DNA of 64,000 nt from Dendrobates tinctorius (GCF_039654945.1 NW_027361960.1:6696001-6760000); one strand, 5' to 3'; positions 48,783 to 61,705 are shown, numbered from the stretch's first letter. Program-made: numbers and translations. Notes: generated from the letters alone by a model not told the origin.

Positions 48783-49719
48783 GATTTTCCGCAATGAATG
48801 CGGCCTGAACCGCTACACGCACAGACTCCGTTGAGCCAGCGTCCACGAGAGGTGTGCTAAGTAATTTTCGTGGATTTGTAGTTTTTGCGCAATTTGCGTT
48901 TGAAAAAACATTTTCCTCAATGCATTTCAATGGGAAAATGTTGCCACAGTCAAAACATGCCCTGAGGCATTCAAATGGCAGTTAAGCTCATTGATATGCA
49001 CAGGCACACCCAATTACTATGCCAACGCCTACGAACTTCACATGACGCCCCCAGGACACAGATTCTGGCAGATAATTGCAGCTCTTAAAGTGAAACCCAC
49101 AGCACAAATGCAAATCTAGCTTCATCACATGACGCATGCCTCTGAGAGAGAATGTGCGCCAAAGTGGATTTAGAAGCCCAGTGCACCAAACTAGCTCTTA
49201 AACGGCCGATGCGCCTAAGTGATTCTTAAAGGGCCGACGCACCAAAATGAGTCTTAATCCCTTCACGACCAATGACGCCACATAGGCGTCATGAAAGTCG
49301 GTACAAATCCGACCAGTGACACCTATGTGGCGTCATGAGAAGATCGCGCTCCTGCGGGTCGGGTGACTGGGTTCAATCAAAGGTCACCCGACCGGCCGTT
49401 GCAGGTGGACCTAGACTTCACCCCGGGGGGGTGGCTTCGCCCCCCCGGGGATACGATCACACCTGGTGACCTTTTAGTTACCCCCCTCAGATCTGATTGG
49501 AGCTAGCGTCCATGTGACGCTAGCCCTCCAATCAGATGTGGAGGGGCGGAGTATAATGATGGCTGCTTCCTTCCTCAGCTTCATCCCGTCTGTGGAAGCT
49601 GAGGAAGGACCTGACTGACCGCTGCTCTGCCCCGTGACTGCCGCCGCCGCTGACTGCCGCCACCGATCTAAGTATATACCGGCTCTCCCCCACCGCCTGT
49701 TTCCATCCCCCCAACCTCC

Positions 49720-50710
49720 GATCACCACCCCCTGCACTCCTGATTAACCCCTGCACCTCTGATCAGCCCCTGCACCACTGATATTCTCACCTGCTGCTGC
49801 CAGCTCCTCAGCCCCTTTCTCCTGTGCCTGACCGCCCCCTCCCACCCCCCCGTGATCACCCCTCAGCCCCCTGATTAACCCCTGCCTGCCTGATCAACCC
49901 CTGCCTCCCTGATCAACTCTTGCTGCTGCTGTATATCCACCTCCATCTCCTCAGCCCCCTTCTGACCCCCACGCCTGTCAGCCCCTTTCTGCCCCGGTGA
50001 TTATCCCTCAGCCTCAGTGATCACCCCTGATCACCCCCTGCCCTCCTGATCACCCCCCTGCTGCTGCATATCCAGATCTATCTCCTCAGCCCCCTCCTGC
50101 TCCCTTGCACCTGACAGCCCCCTGTGATCACCTCCTGCCCCCTGTGATCACCCCCTGATCACCCACTGCCCCCCTGATCAACCCCTGCTGCTTCATATCC
50201 ACCTCCATCTCTTCAGCCCCTTTCTGCTCCCTCGTTTCTGACAACCCTTTCTGTCCCCCCTGATCACCCCCTGCCCCCCGATCACCCCCTGCTGCTGCAT
50301 ATCCACCTCCATCTTTTCAGCCTCTTTCTGCCCCCTCGCTTCTGACAGCCCTTTCTGCCCCCCCTGATCAACCCCTGCTGCTACATATCCACCTCCATCT
50401 CTTCAGCCCCTTTCTGCCCCCTCGCATCTGACAGCCCTTTCCGCCCCTGGTGATCACCCTTTGATCAACCCCTGCTGCTGCATATCCACCTCCATCTCCT
50501 CAGCCCCGTTCTGCCCCCTCGCGCCTGACAGCCCTTTCTGCCTGCTGCTGCATCTCCTCTGCCCCCGCGCGCCTGACAGCTCCCTCCTGCCCCCCGCGCG
50601 CCTGACAGCTCCCTCCTGCCCCCCGCGCGCCTGACAGCTCCCTCCTGCCCCCCGCGCGCCTGACAGCTCCCTCCTGCCCCCCGCGCACCTGACTGCTCCT
50701 TCCTGACAGC
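49720..50710. repeat. C-rich degenerate tandem repeats in the piggyBac 5' region
   Basis: Recurrent TGATCACCCCC / CTGCTGCATATCCACCTCCATCT units, plus a 29-bp GCCCCCCGCGCGCCTGACAGCTCCCTCCT array at ~50560-50690. Confidence 0.85.
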
Positions 50711-50803
50711 CACCTCCTGAAGTAAAGTTTCACCAAACACTCGCACATATACACGCACACTATAATAAAGCTTTTTTACACACGCACACACACCACACGC
50801 ACA

Positions 50804-52581
50804 ATGTCCCAGTCATCCCGGTCCCAAAGGGTCTACTCAGTTGAGGAGGCATATGAAATGATTGCCTCTGATACTGATAGTGAGAGAGATGACCACACTT
50901 TTCTCTATTCTTCCCACTCTTCCTCTTCCAGCGACACATCCTCAGCACCAACGAGATGTCTCAGGACGAGAAATCGTCCAGGGGGTAAGAGTCGGAGGCC
51001 TTGGAGGAAGAGTCGGGTACCTTGGAGTAAGTCCCACAGCCAAATGTGAGTTTCCCCCAACCTAGTGCTAGTCACGCCCAACCTAGCACTAGTTCTTCCT
51101 CCTGGACCCCCGTCCCTGAAAATTTTGCTCCACGGATTCCTGATTTCATTCCCCAATCAGGAATCCAGTTTGAGACTGCCAACTTCAGGGAAATAGACTT
51201 TTTCAAAGTCTTTTTCTCGGAGTCAATCGTCAGTCTCATGGTGGAGCAAACCAACTTGTACGCTCAACAATTTTTTGGCCCAACACCCAATTTCTTCATT
51301 CTCTACTTGGAGTCCCGTGGACTCTGTAGAAATGATTAAATATTGGGGACTGGTTCTTCACATGGGGATTGTGAAGAAACCAGAAATTCGCCAATACTGG
51401 AGTACCGATATTTTATATCAAGCTCCAGTATTTGGCATGGTTATGAGTCGCAGACGTTTTGAGGCGATTCATAAATTTCTTCATTTCAGGGACACCACTG
51501 AAAGCCTTCACCGCGATGACCCGAATTTTGATAGACTGTTCAAAATTCGGCCAGTCATCGAACACTTCAGCAACAAGTTTGCTGAAGTGTACATTCCCGA
51601 AAGGGAAATTTGTGTGGATGAATCCCTCGTCCACTACAAAGGGAGGCTTCATTTCCATCAGTACCTGCCCAGCAAAAGGGCGAGGTACGGGATAAAACTC
51701 TACAAGCAGTGTGAGAGTACCTCAGGGTACACTCTCACCTTTAGAGTTTACCAAGGAAAGGACGCCAAGATCCAGCCCCCAGAATGTCCACCTGCTCTGG
51801 GGGTGAGTGGGAAAATAGTGTGGGATTTGGTCCACCCAATGCTTGATAAAGGTTACCATCTGTACGTTGATAACTTTTATACAAGCATCACACTATTTAA
51901 ATCCCTCTCTGCCAGAGCTACCGTCGCTTGCGGTACCGTGCGCAGAAACCAGAGGGGTCTCCCTTTGCCGCTAATTGAGCAGCCTCTCCCAAAGGGTGAG
52001 AGCCGAGCCCAATGTAGCGGCAACATGCTTGTTGTCAAGTTCAAAGACAAAAGAGAAGTCTTTATCTTGACCACAATCCATGGCACCGGCACCACGGCCA
52101 CCACCGTTCGAGGTACCCCAGCACCAGTCCACAAACCGGACTGTGTCCTGGCGTACAACCATCACATGGGGGGAGTTGATCTTTCTGATCAAGTCCTCCA
52201 GCCCTATAGTGCCATGCGGAAGGCGACAGTGTGGTACAAAAACTGACTGTGCACATCGTACAAATGGCACTGTATAACGCATGCGTGCTATCACGATGTG
52301 TAGGCCAGAACCACACCTTACTTGACGTCCAGGAGGCGGTGATAAAGGCCATGATTTTTGGAGACGAGGACGGAGCACGGCCCAGCACCCCTGGAACTCA
52401 AGTTTCCCGTATGGTACCTGGGCAACATTTTCCCCGTGAGGAGAGAAAAAAAAAAAGGTGCCGGGTGTGCTATAAAAGGGGGACAAGAAGGGAAACTTGT
52501 TTCCAATGCAAAATGTGTCCCGACAAACCTGGACTGTGTTTGAATGAATGTTTCAAAATTCATCACATATCCGTGGACTAA
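50804..52581 (+). pseudogene. piggyBac (PGBD4-like) transposase with about three frameshifts
   Basis: Acidic N-terminus; DDD triad CVDES, YVDNFYTS, GGVDLSDQ; C-terminal Cys-rich domain RCRVC...CKMCPDKPGLCLNECFKIHH. Split over ORFs 50804, 51046, 51275 and 52231. Confidence 0.92.
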
Positions 52582-52584
52582 ACA

Positions 52585-53305
52585 CATCCACAACAGAACT
52601 AACCCACACCAGCCTGACATACACAACACCACACACACCAACCTGACATACACTACACCACGCACATCAACCTGACGTAGTGTGTCAGGTTGGTGTGTGT
52701 GGCGTAGTGTACGTCAGGTTGGCATGTGTGCTGTAGTGTACGCCAGGTTGGTGTGTGTTTGGTGTATACTATACCACACACACCAACCTGACGTACACTA
52801 CACCACACCACGCACACCAACCTGACATACACTACACCACGCACATCAACCTGACGTACGTCAGGTTGGTGTGTGTGGCGTAGTGTACGTCAGGTTGGTG
52901 TGTGTGCTGTAGTGTACGCCAGGTTGGTGTGTGTTTGGTGTATACTATACCACACACACCAACCTGACGTACACTACACCACACCACGCACACCAACCTG
53001 ACATACACTACACCACGCACATCAACCTGACGTAGTACGTCAGGTTGGTGTGTGTGCTGTAGTGTACGCCAGGTTGGTGTGTGTTTGTATACTATACCAC
53101 ACACACCAACCTGACGTACACTACACCACACCACGCACACAAACCTGACATACACTACACCACGCACATCAACCTGACGTAGTGTGTCAAGTTGGTATGT
53201 GTGGCGTAGTGTGTCAGGTTGGTGTGTGTGGCATAGTGTACATCAGTTTGGGGTGTGTGTGGTGTATACTACACCACACACACCAACCTGACATACATTA
53301 CATAC
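52585..53305. repeat. ~29-bp repeat (ACACCAACCTGACGTACACTACACCACAC-like) in alternating forward/reverse blocks
   Basis: CA-rich blocks alternate with their TG-rich reverse complements, with a period of ~180 bp. Confidence 0.9.
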
Positions 53306-54990
53306 TTTCCATAAGCGACATGGTGTCCACTAATGATTGGAGCTAATTTTCTGTTCAAAAAGTCAAATGGCGCTCCTACCCTTCCAGGCCCTGCTGTGCG
53401 CCCAAACAGTGGTTTATGACCACATATGAGGTATCGGTGTACTCAGGATAAATTGCCCAACAAATTTTAGGATCCATTTTATCCTGTTGCCCATGTGAAA
53501 ATGAAAAAATGAAAAAATTGAGGCTAAAACAAGATTTTCGTGAAAAAAAGTGCTTTTTCTTTTTTACGGATCAATTTGTGAAGCACCTGGGGGTTCAAGA
53601 TGCACACTATGCATCTAGATAAGTTCCTTGGGGGGGGGTCTAGTTTCCAAAATGGGGTCACTTGTGGAGGAGCTCCAATGTTTAGGCACACAGGGTCTCT
53701 CCAAATGCGACATGGCAACCACTAACAATTGGAGCTAATTTACCATTTTAAAAGTCAAATGGCGCTCCTACCCTTCCGGGCCCTGCCGTGCGTCCAAACA
53801 GTGGTTTATGACCACATATGAGTGTGTGCCCATGTGAAAATGAAAAAATTGAGGCTAAAACAAGATTTTTGTGAAAAAAAAAGTGCTTTTTCTTTTTTAC
53901 GGATCAATTTGTGAAGCACCTGGGGGTTCAAGGTGCACAGAATGCATCTAGATAAGTTCCTTGGGGGGGTCTAGTTTCCAAAATGGGGTCACTTGTGGGG
54001 GAGCTCCAATGTTTAGGCACACAGGGGCTCTCCAAACGTGACATGGTGTCCGCGAATGATTGGAGCTAATTTTCCATTCAAAAAGTCAAATGGCGCTCCT
54101 TCCCTTCTGAGCCCTGCCATGCGCCCACACAGTGGTTTATGACCACATGTGAGATAACGGTGTAATCAGGAGAAATGGCCCAACAAATTTTAGCATACAT
54201 TTTATCCTGTTGCCCATGTGAAAATGAATAAATTGATGTTAAAAGAAAATTTTTGTTGGAAAAATTAAAATGTCCATGGAATGTATGGAAGGAAAAACTT
54301 CCATATTGCTTTAGTTCCTGTGAAGCACCTGAAGGGTTAATAATCTTCTTGAATGTAGTTTTGATTAGCATGAGGGGTGCAGTTTTTAGAATGGTGTCAC
54401 TTTTGGGTATTTTCTGCCATATAGACCCCTCAAAGTGACTTCAAATGTGAGGTGGTCCCTAAAAAAAGGTTTTATAAATTTTGTTGTAAAAAGGAGAAAT
54501 CGCTGGTCAACTTTTAAACCTTATAACTTCCTAACAAAAAGAAATTTTTTTTCCAAAATTGTGCTGATGTAAAGTAGACATGTGGGAAATGTTATTTAGT
54601 AACTATTTTGTGTCATATAACTCTCTGGCGTAACAGAATAAAAATTCAAAATTTGAAAATTGCAAAATTTTCACCAAATTTCCAATTTTTTCACAACTAA
54701 ACGCAAAAATTATCATCCTAAATTTACCACTAACATGAAGCCCAATGTGTCACGAAAAAACAATCTCGGAATCGCTAGGATGCATTGAAGCGTTCCAGAG
54801 TTATTACCTCATAAAGGGACAGTGGTCAGAATTGCAAAAAATGGCCTGGTCATTAAGGTCAAAATAGGCTTGGTCATGAAGGGGTTAAAGGGCCGGCGCG
54901 CCAAATCGAAAGCTGAGTGACCCCAGGCTCCAAATCGGAGACTGATCGACCCTGGCCTACAAATCGGAGGCTGAGCCACCCTGGCCTCCA

Positions 54991-55269
54991 AATCGGACCC
55001 AGAGTGGCCCCGCTCACCGAATCGGACCCAGAGTGGCCCCGCTCACCGAATCGGACCCAGAGTGGCCCCGCTCACCGAATCGGACCCAGAGTGGCCCCGC
55101 TCACCGAATCGGACCCAGAGTGGCCCCGCTCACCGAATCGGACCCAGAGTGGCCCCGCTCACCGAATCGGACCCAGAGTGGCCCCGCTCACCGAATCGGA
55201 CCCAGAGTGGCCCCGCTCACCGAATCGGACCCAGAGTGGCCCCGCTCACCGAATCGGACCCAGAGTGGC
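54991..55269. repeat. Perfect 29-bp minisatellite AATCGGACCCAGAGTGGCCCCGCTCACCG, ~9.6 copies
   Basis: Directly visible; no spacers. Confidence 0.97.
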
Positions 55270-55433
55270 ACCCACAGTTAAAACAGATCCTGAGTTGAAA
55301 GTCTTGCAGGCAGGCAAGTCTCTCTTAAAGGGGCAGCCCAGGCTCCATTTCAAAACACTATCTGTACTTCCTTCAGGAAATACACATCTCGTTATAATTG
55401 TACATTTTGAGATTGATTATTATTGTTACTTAA

Positions 55434-57609
55434 ACCCCTTCACCCCTGAGCCTGTTTTTACCTTCACGACCACACCAAGTTTTATCCCACTGATACTGGT
55501 AATGTTTTTCCATGACATATTGTACTTCATGATAGTGGTAAAATTTGTTCGATATGACTTGCGTTTATTTGAGAAAAAAATGGAAATTTGGTGAAAAATT
55601 TTGAAAATGTTCAAACTTTTAATTTTTATCCCCTTAAATCAGAGCATTATGTCACACTACATAGTTAATAAATAACATTTCCCACATGTCTACCTTACAT
55701 CAGCACAATTGTTTAAACCTAATTTTTTTTATTAGGAAGTTATAAGGGTTAAAAGCTGATCAGCTATTTCTAATTTTTCCAACAGAATTTACAAAACCAT
55801 TTTTTTAGGGACCACATCACATTACAAAGTGACTGTATGACAAATACTCATGGTGCTCAAAACCACATTCAAGAAGTTTATTAACCCTTCAGGTGCTTCA
55901 CAGGAATTTTTGTCATGTGGAAGGAAAAAACTAACATTTACATTTTTGTCTCAAAAAATTTACCTTAGAGCCAATTTTTTTTTTTTTATTTTCACAAGGG
56001 TGACAGGAAAAAATAGACCTCAAAAATGTGTTGTGCAATTTCCCCTAATAATGCTGATACCCCATATGTGAGGGAAAACCACTGTTTGGGGGAAACAGCC
56101 GGGCTCGGAAGGCAGGAGCTCTATTTGAGTTTTTCAATGTAAAATTTGCTGGAATAATTGGTGGACGCTATGTCTCATGTGGAGAGCCCCTGATGTGCCT
56201 AAAGAGTGGAAACCCCCCACAAATGGCACCATTTTGGAAATGAGACCCCTCAGAGAACTTATCTAGATGTGTGGTGAGCACCTTGAACCCCCAAGGTGCT
56301 TCACAAAAGTTTATAACATCACATTTTTTGGGCAAATATATTTTTAGCCTCAAATTTTTAATTTTCACAAGGGTAACAGAAAATGGACTTGTGTAATTTG
56401 GGTAGAGTATGCAGATAGCCCATATGTGGTGGAAAACAAATGTTTTGGTGCATAACAGGGCTGAGAAAGGAAGGTGTGACATTGTGGAACAAAAACTTTG
56501 ATGGAATGGTCTGCGGGTGTCATGTCGCGTTTGAAGAGCCATTTGTTACGCTTTACAAACTGTCAGCGCTTACATTGACAGACATACTTGCGACGCCATT
56601 CTCTGAGCATGATCTAGCAAGTTTGCCAGCTCTAATGACCTGAATGTCATTGTGATGACATTGGATCACCATGGCAACTATCATCCCCTCATGATGGCGC
56701 TGATCAGAGAGCACATAGGGCTCCATCCCTCTGCATGCCTACTAAATGCTGCAGTCGATATCGATTTAGGGGGTTAACCGCTTAGTGCCCACTAATACAT
56801 CTTTTTACTGATAGTATAGCTATTTTACTGACACTATAGCTGACAACTTGCTGCATCAGCCACAATCAATGTTGGTACCGACTGTGGTCGTTTAACTCTT
56901 TAAATGATTACTGCAGCATCTAGATTGTTAACTGAGTGTGTGTGGGGGCTCTCTCTTTAACCCCATCGGCACCTTGAGATGTTGATCGTGTGGTTTGGAT
57001 TTTAGCCATGGCAATTATAGGCTGATCTGGATGGATGTCTTTTTTCGGCCTTGCTAACTATGTTACTATGTAATTCATAGCCAAATAACGGTCTTTAAAG
57101 TCTGTCGGTTATAGTGCTCTGTTCTGAAGTTAAAAACATTTAGATGGTAAAAAATACATTTCTTCATTCCTGTTATGCCACTTTGCATTAATTCCTGAAA
57201 AGCACATGAAGGGTTAATAAACTACCTGAAAGAGAATTATTTTGAATACCTTGAGGGGTGTTGTTTTTAAAATGTTATCACTTTTGGGGTTTTCCAATAT
57301 ATAGGACCCCCAAAGTCACTTCAAAACTTAATAGGTCCCTAAAAAAATAAGTTTTGCAAATTTGCTTGAAAAAATGAAAAATTACTGCTGCATTGTTAAA
57401 CTTTTTAAAATGCTAACAAAATAAAACAGACATGTGGGAAATGTTAATTATTGATGTTTTTGTGTGGTATGAACAGCTGGATTAAATGGATAATCAAAGT
57501 TTGAAAATCACTATTTTTTGAATTTTTATGTAAAATTTCTGATATTTTTTTTAATAAAATCATAAAGTACAGTGTGTCACGAAAAACAACGCCAAAATCA
57601 CTGAGATAT
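55434..57609 (+). mobile_element. Non-autonomous piggyBac-family element, interrupted by L1
   Basis: TTAA followed by (A)CCCCTTCAC. Internal sequence is homologous, in both orientations, to the piggyBac 3' arm (e.g. GTGTCACGAAAAA, AGACATGTGGGAAATG). Right end is beyond the window. Confidence 0.7.
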
Positions 57610-60600
57610 GGGGGCGTGTCCTAGCTGGCCATGTGAGAGGATGTTCAGGAGAGAGCTCTCGCTGCCAATGAGCGATTAATCCTGTGCAGGTCTCGTTGCC
57701 TGCCCTAAATCAAGTGCTGACTGTCGCCTGAAGGTCCCGGGAACCGAGGAGTGCTGGTCGGGCGGTCTGCAGAGGGAGAGATGACCAGACGGAGGCAGCG
57801 AGATGCGGGTGGAGGAGAGGCAGGAGCAATCCAAGATGACACCGCGGCCAGGGAGGAAGCTGCAAAGGCTAACGCCGCATGTCAGCTGCGCATGGCGGCA
57901 GCTGCAAAGCTCCAGCAGTTCGCACGGGTGGAACGAGGCAGAAACACTAGCAGGAGATGGATCGGATAAGGTGGAGGAGGAGGCGATTTCTGACTAAGAG
58001 ACTGAGGTACAGAAGGGGGCAGGGGGGAGCAGTATGGCCGTGGTGACAGAGGCACAGAATGAAGAGATGCCGGGAGGGGAGCCGACCCTGAGGGATGTCT
58101 TTACTTTGGTCTCCTCATGTAAGCAGACCCCTAATACCTTATCCCTGCAGGTGCAGGAGGTAAGAAGTGAAATAGCCCACATAAATACCGCTCTGCAGAA
58201 GGTGGATAAGCGCATGGGTGCAGTAGAGGAGAGGGTGAGCACTGCAGAAGACCATGTAGTAAAGCTGCAGAAAGCGGAGAAAAAGTTTGCACAGGCACTG
58301 TCGGAACAGGCTGGAAAAAATGAGGACCTGGAAAACGGGTCCAGAAGGAATAACCTCCGTTTAGTGGGTCTGCCGGAAAAAACAGAGGGGAGGAATACCA
58401 CTTAGTTTATTGAATGTTGGCTGAGGGAGAAAATTGGAGCTGAGATGCTGACAAAAGTTTTTGCTGTGGAAAGGGCTCACAGGGTTCCCCCACAACCCCC
58501 TGCCCCGGATGCTAACCCCGTACTGTGCTTGCTAAACTACTGAACTACAGGGACAGAGACATTCTCAGGAGGGCCAGAGAGATGGAGGATTTAACTGTCG
58601 ACGGACAGAGGATTGACATTTATCCAGATTATTCTGCTGCGGTCCAAAAACAGAATTAAATTTACGGGGGTCAAGAGACGTTTGAGAGAGCTGGGGGTGG
58701 AGTACTCCATGCTGTTCCCGGTGAGACTGCGGGTGGTAGCCTTTGAAAAAGTCCAGTTTTTTCTTACACCAGAGGACACTACCCAGTGGATCGACATTAA
58801 TGCTAAAAAGTTACAAGCCAAAGGGGTCTGAGCACCTGTGTTTGGGTGTGAGTTGTTTTTCATGCCTGGAATGGGAGAACTGAGTCTTCTTGATACATGC
58901 TCCCTTTTGGCATTGTTTTCAGATTTTGGTATGTTCGGTCTGTCTAATTACAGGCTCTTTATGATGTTGTAATACACAGTGTGAGAGGAGAAGCAGATCT
59001 GATTTGGAGTGTTGCGGCGACGCACTTCAATTTCTCTTCAATGTAAAATGTTTTGGTAGTTTTGCAGCAATGTGAAGAGTTGAGGTTTCAGTGGTGGCGG
59101 GAGGGGAAAGCCGAACAAAAGAGAGTGCGTGCATTGGGCAGAGGAGCCCCGCTCTCGATGAGAGGAAGAAAGTATAATTTTGAGAAGGGAAAGGGGGGGA
59201 AGGGAGTTTGGGGGGGAGGGTTTGGACAGCTGGTATTGGAAGCAGTAGACATCTTCAGGAAGGATGAGTGGTGCGATTGGTGACCGTGTTAAGATATTGA
59301 GCTGGAATGTAAGAGGCCTAGCCGACAGAACAAGGCGAGCGGCTGTTTTGCAGTGTGATCGAGACCAAAAAGCCTCTATGATAAGCCTGCTTGAGACACA
59401 TCTAGTGCGTGAGAGGATTGATGTCTTGCATAGGAACTGGATTCAAAAAGCGTATCACTCTACTCACTCCACATACTGAAGAGGAATATCGGTACTGATC
59501 TCGGCGGGGGTACGTTATGAAGAAGTTGGGGTGCATGTGGATGTGGATAGACAATATGTAGTAGTGATATGTAAAATGTTTGGGGTGTTGGTTGATGTGT
59601 GTGGCAGCTATGTATATTCCGCCTCCACATTCCTCCAGGAAAATTAGGGAAGTGCTGGAATTAACTGGGCGGTGGGGAACGTTGCCAGTGTTAATTATTG
59701 GCGACCTTAATAATATATGTGTTGACTTTTGGGATAAAAATAAGAACGTGAGGAATAGGTCTCAGAGTCACACTACTGCGTTCGGTACGTATGTCATAGA
59801 AATTGGTATGATCTGGTGAGCATACAGCGGGAGGTAATGGAGTTCTTCGAGCTTAATGATGGAAGTACTGATGTACCGATCATATGGGAGGCTATGAAAG
59901 CGTACCTGAGAGGTCTATTGTTTAGGGATATTAGTAGATGCAAGCGGTGGGCAAAACAGGTGGAGAGGGCCGCCGAGAAGTGTCTAAAGAAGCAGAGGAC
60001 GAGATGACTACACTTGGCACCCCAGAGGCAGGGGAGTATGGATAGGATTCTATTGGAAAGGCGGAGAGGAAAAGGGGGTTTCAGCAACTGGCTTATTACC
60101 AGGAGGGGGAGACATTAGGCTACATGTTGTCGCTGGTGGCGTCCGCCCAGAGGAGTACCTCACATGTGCACTTGCTGATCTCGGGAGACGGCACAAAGGT
60201 GTCGGAGACCTCTGATATTTTAGGGGTTTTTACGGATTTTTACAAAGATTTATACTCCTCTCGGGTGGGGTCATCAGCGGGAGAAACGGGGACATTTTTA
60301 GAGGGAATTTAACTACCTAGACTGGGAGAGATGATTGGGAATGTCTGGAGGCACCTATCACAGATGAGGAAAAAAGTCAGGTTCTAGGGTCTATGTCCAA
60401 AGGGAAGGCACCGGGGGGGTGGACGGGTTACCAGCTGAAATCTATAAAGGATTGGGGGAGGTGTAGGTGCATAGATTATGAGTGGTTTTGGAAGATGCTT
60501 AAGAGTAGAGGGTCTTTGCCAGCATCCATGAGAGAAGCAATAATTGTGGTAATTCCGAAGGAAGATAAGGATCCACTTCTGCCTGAATCATACCGCCCAA

Positions 60601-61705
60601 TTTCTCTACTCTCAACAGATATGAAGCTCCTGGCCAGGGTGTTGGCTGACCGGTTGTTGGGTGTAATTTCTAAGTTGATACATCCGGATCAGTCTGACTT
60701 TATGCTGGACAGGTCCACAGCCGTTAACCTGAGAAGGCTTTTTATGAATGTGCAGCTGCAGGGCGACAACTGTAGTCAGAGGGTTATCGCATCGTTAGAT
60801 GCCCATAAGGCATTCGATAGCGTGGAGTGGGGAAATTTATGTAGGTATTGCGCTGTATGGGCTTTGGGCCGCAATTCATACCTTGGGTTCAATTGCTGTA
60901 TGCTCAACCAGTGGCTAGAATTAGGGTGAATGGAGAATTATCACGCACCATAGAGTTAAATAGAGGGACGAGGCAGGGGTGTCCGCTCTCTCCTCTCTTG
61001 TTTGCTCTCGCTGTGGAACCGTTGGCCGCAAAGATACGAGGGTCTGCTGAGGTCTCAGGGTTCAAATATGGGGCCATTGAGGAAAAGATAGCGCTCTATG
61101 CGGACAATATATTATTGTTCTTGAGGGATTCCCGGCTCTTTCCTGGATGGTGCCATTCGAATCATTGAGAAATTTGGGTCTTTATCGGGGTTGGTGATAA
61201 ACTGGAATAAATCAATTCTGTTTAGGGTGGATAACACAAGAGAGGAGGGGGGAGAGTCAGCTGTTGGGGGTAGAATTAAGGTTGTAGACCAATTTAAATA
61301 TCTTGGGATACGGATTTCTCTCCTGGTTACGGACTACCTGCATGGGAACCTGGACCCTCCTCTGGGGATTCTTATGGCAAAGGTTGGGGCCTGGAAGAAA
61401 TTACATTTGTTGGTGGTGGGCCGAGTTAACCTTATTAAAATGATTCTGATGCCTAAGGTGCTGTATGTCCTGCACAACTCTCCCATTTGGATATCCCTTG
61501 AGAGGTTTAAACAGATTAATTCTTTATTTCGAAGCTTGGTATGGTGGAAACAGTATCCTCGTATTAAGCTAGAGACACTCTAGCGGCCTAAAGAAGAGGG
61601 GAGCTGGCTTTGCCAAATCCGGAAGTATATTTTCTTGCGGCTCAGTGCCAACACTTTAGAGGCTGGGCACACGAGGGAACTTCTAACGTATTACAGCGTC
61701 TTATT
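57610..61705 (+). mobile_element. L1-clade LINE with intact 5' end; ORF1 and ORF2 degraded; interrupted by hAT
   Basis: Starts GGGGGCGTGTCC. ORF1 ~57781-58831 (coiled coil, LENGSRRNNLRLVGLPE, YSMLFPVRLRV). ORF2 from 59264 (KILSWNVRGL, LLETHL, IIGDLN; YRPISLL, LDAHKAFDSVEW, GTRQGCPLSPLLF, LYADN). Confidence 0.93.

Larger units (their letters stand above)
49258..54884 (+). mobile_element. piggyBac transposon, near full length
   Basis: TTAA TSD (49254-57 / 54885-88); TIRs TCCCTTCACGACCAA / TTGGTCATGAAGGGG; internal transposase. Confidence 0.93.
48643..55393 (+). mobile_element. DINE-1/HINE-like non-autonomous Helentron (rolling-circle), interrupted by piggyBac
   Basis: 5' hairpin TATAGTGGTTT-GATG-AAACCACTATA. 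subTIR ATAGTGGTTTGA (48645-56) vs TCAAAACACTAT (55350-61). 3' stem-loop TGTACTTCC-TTCA-GGAAATACA, then CTCGTT. 5' microsatellite, internal tandem repeats, TT flanks and no TSD. Confidence 0.65.
44228..55430 (+). mobile_element. Tc1 element fragmented by nested insertions (pieces ~44228-44372, 45257-46202, 48500-48642, probably 55394-55430)
   Basis: Left end CACTGTGCAGAATTATTAGG; transposase relics DFSKVIW--E-RVTLD (~45712), PSSPD-NPIENL (~46093), KLTDSMDRRL (~48548). Confidence 0.7.

Noticed and set aside
54991-55269. CRISPR-like 29-bp repeats
   Set aside because: Units are head-to-tail with no spacers, there are no cas genes, and the context is vertebrate; this is a minisatellite.
54917-55594. 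225-aa repetitive ORF
   Set aside because: Translation of the 29-bp array running into adjacent transposon sequence.
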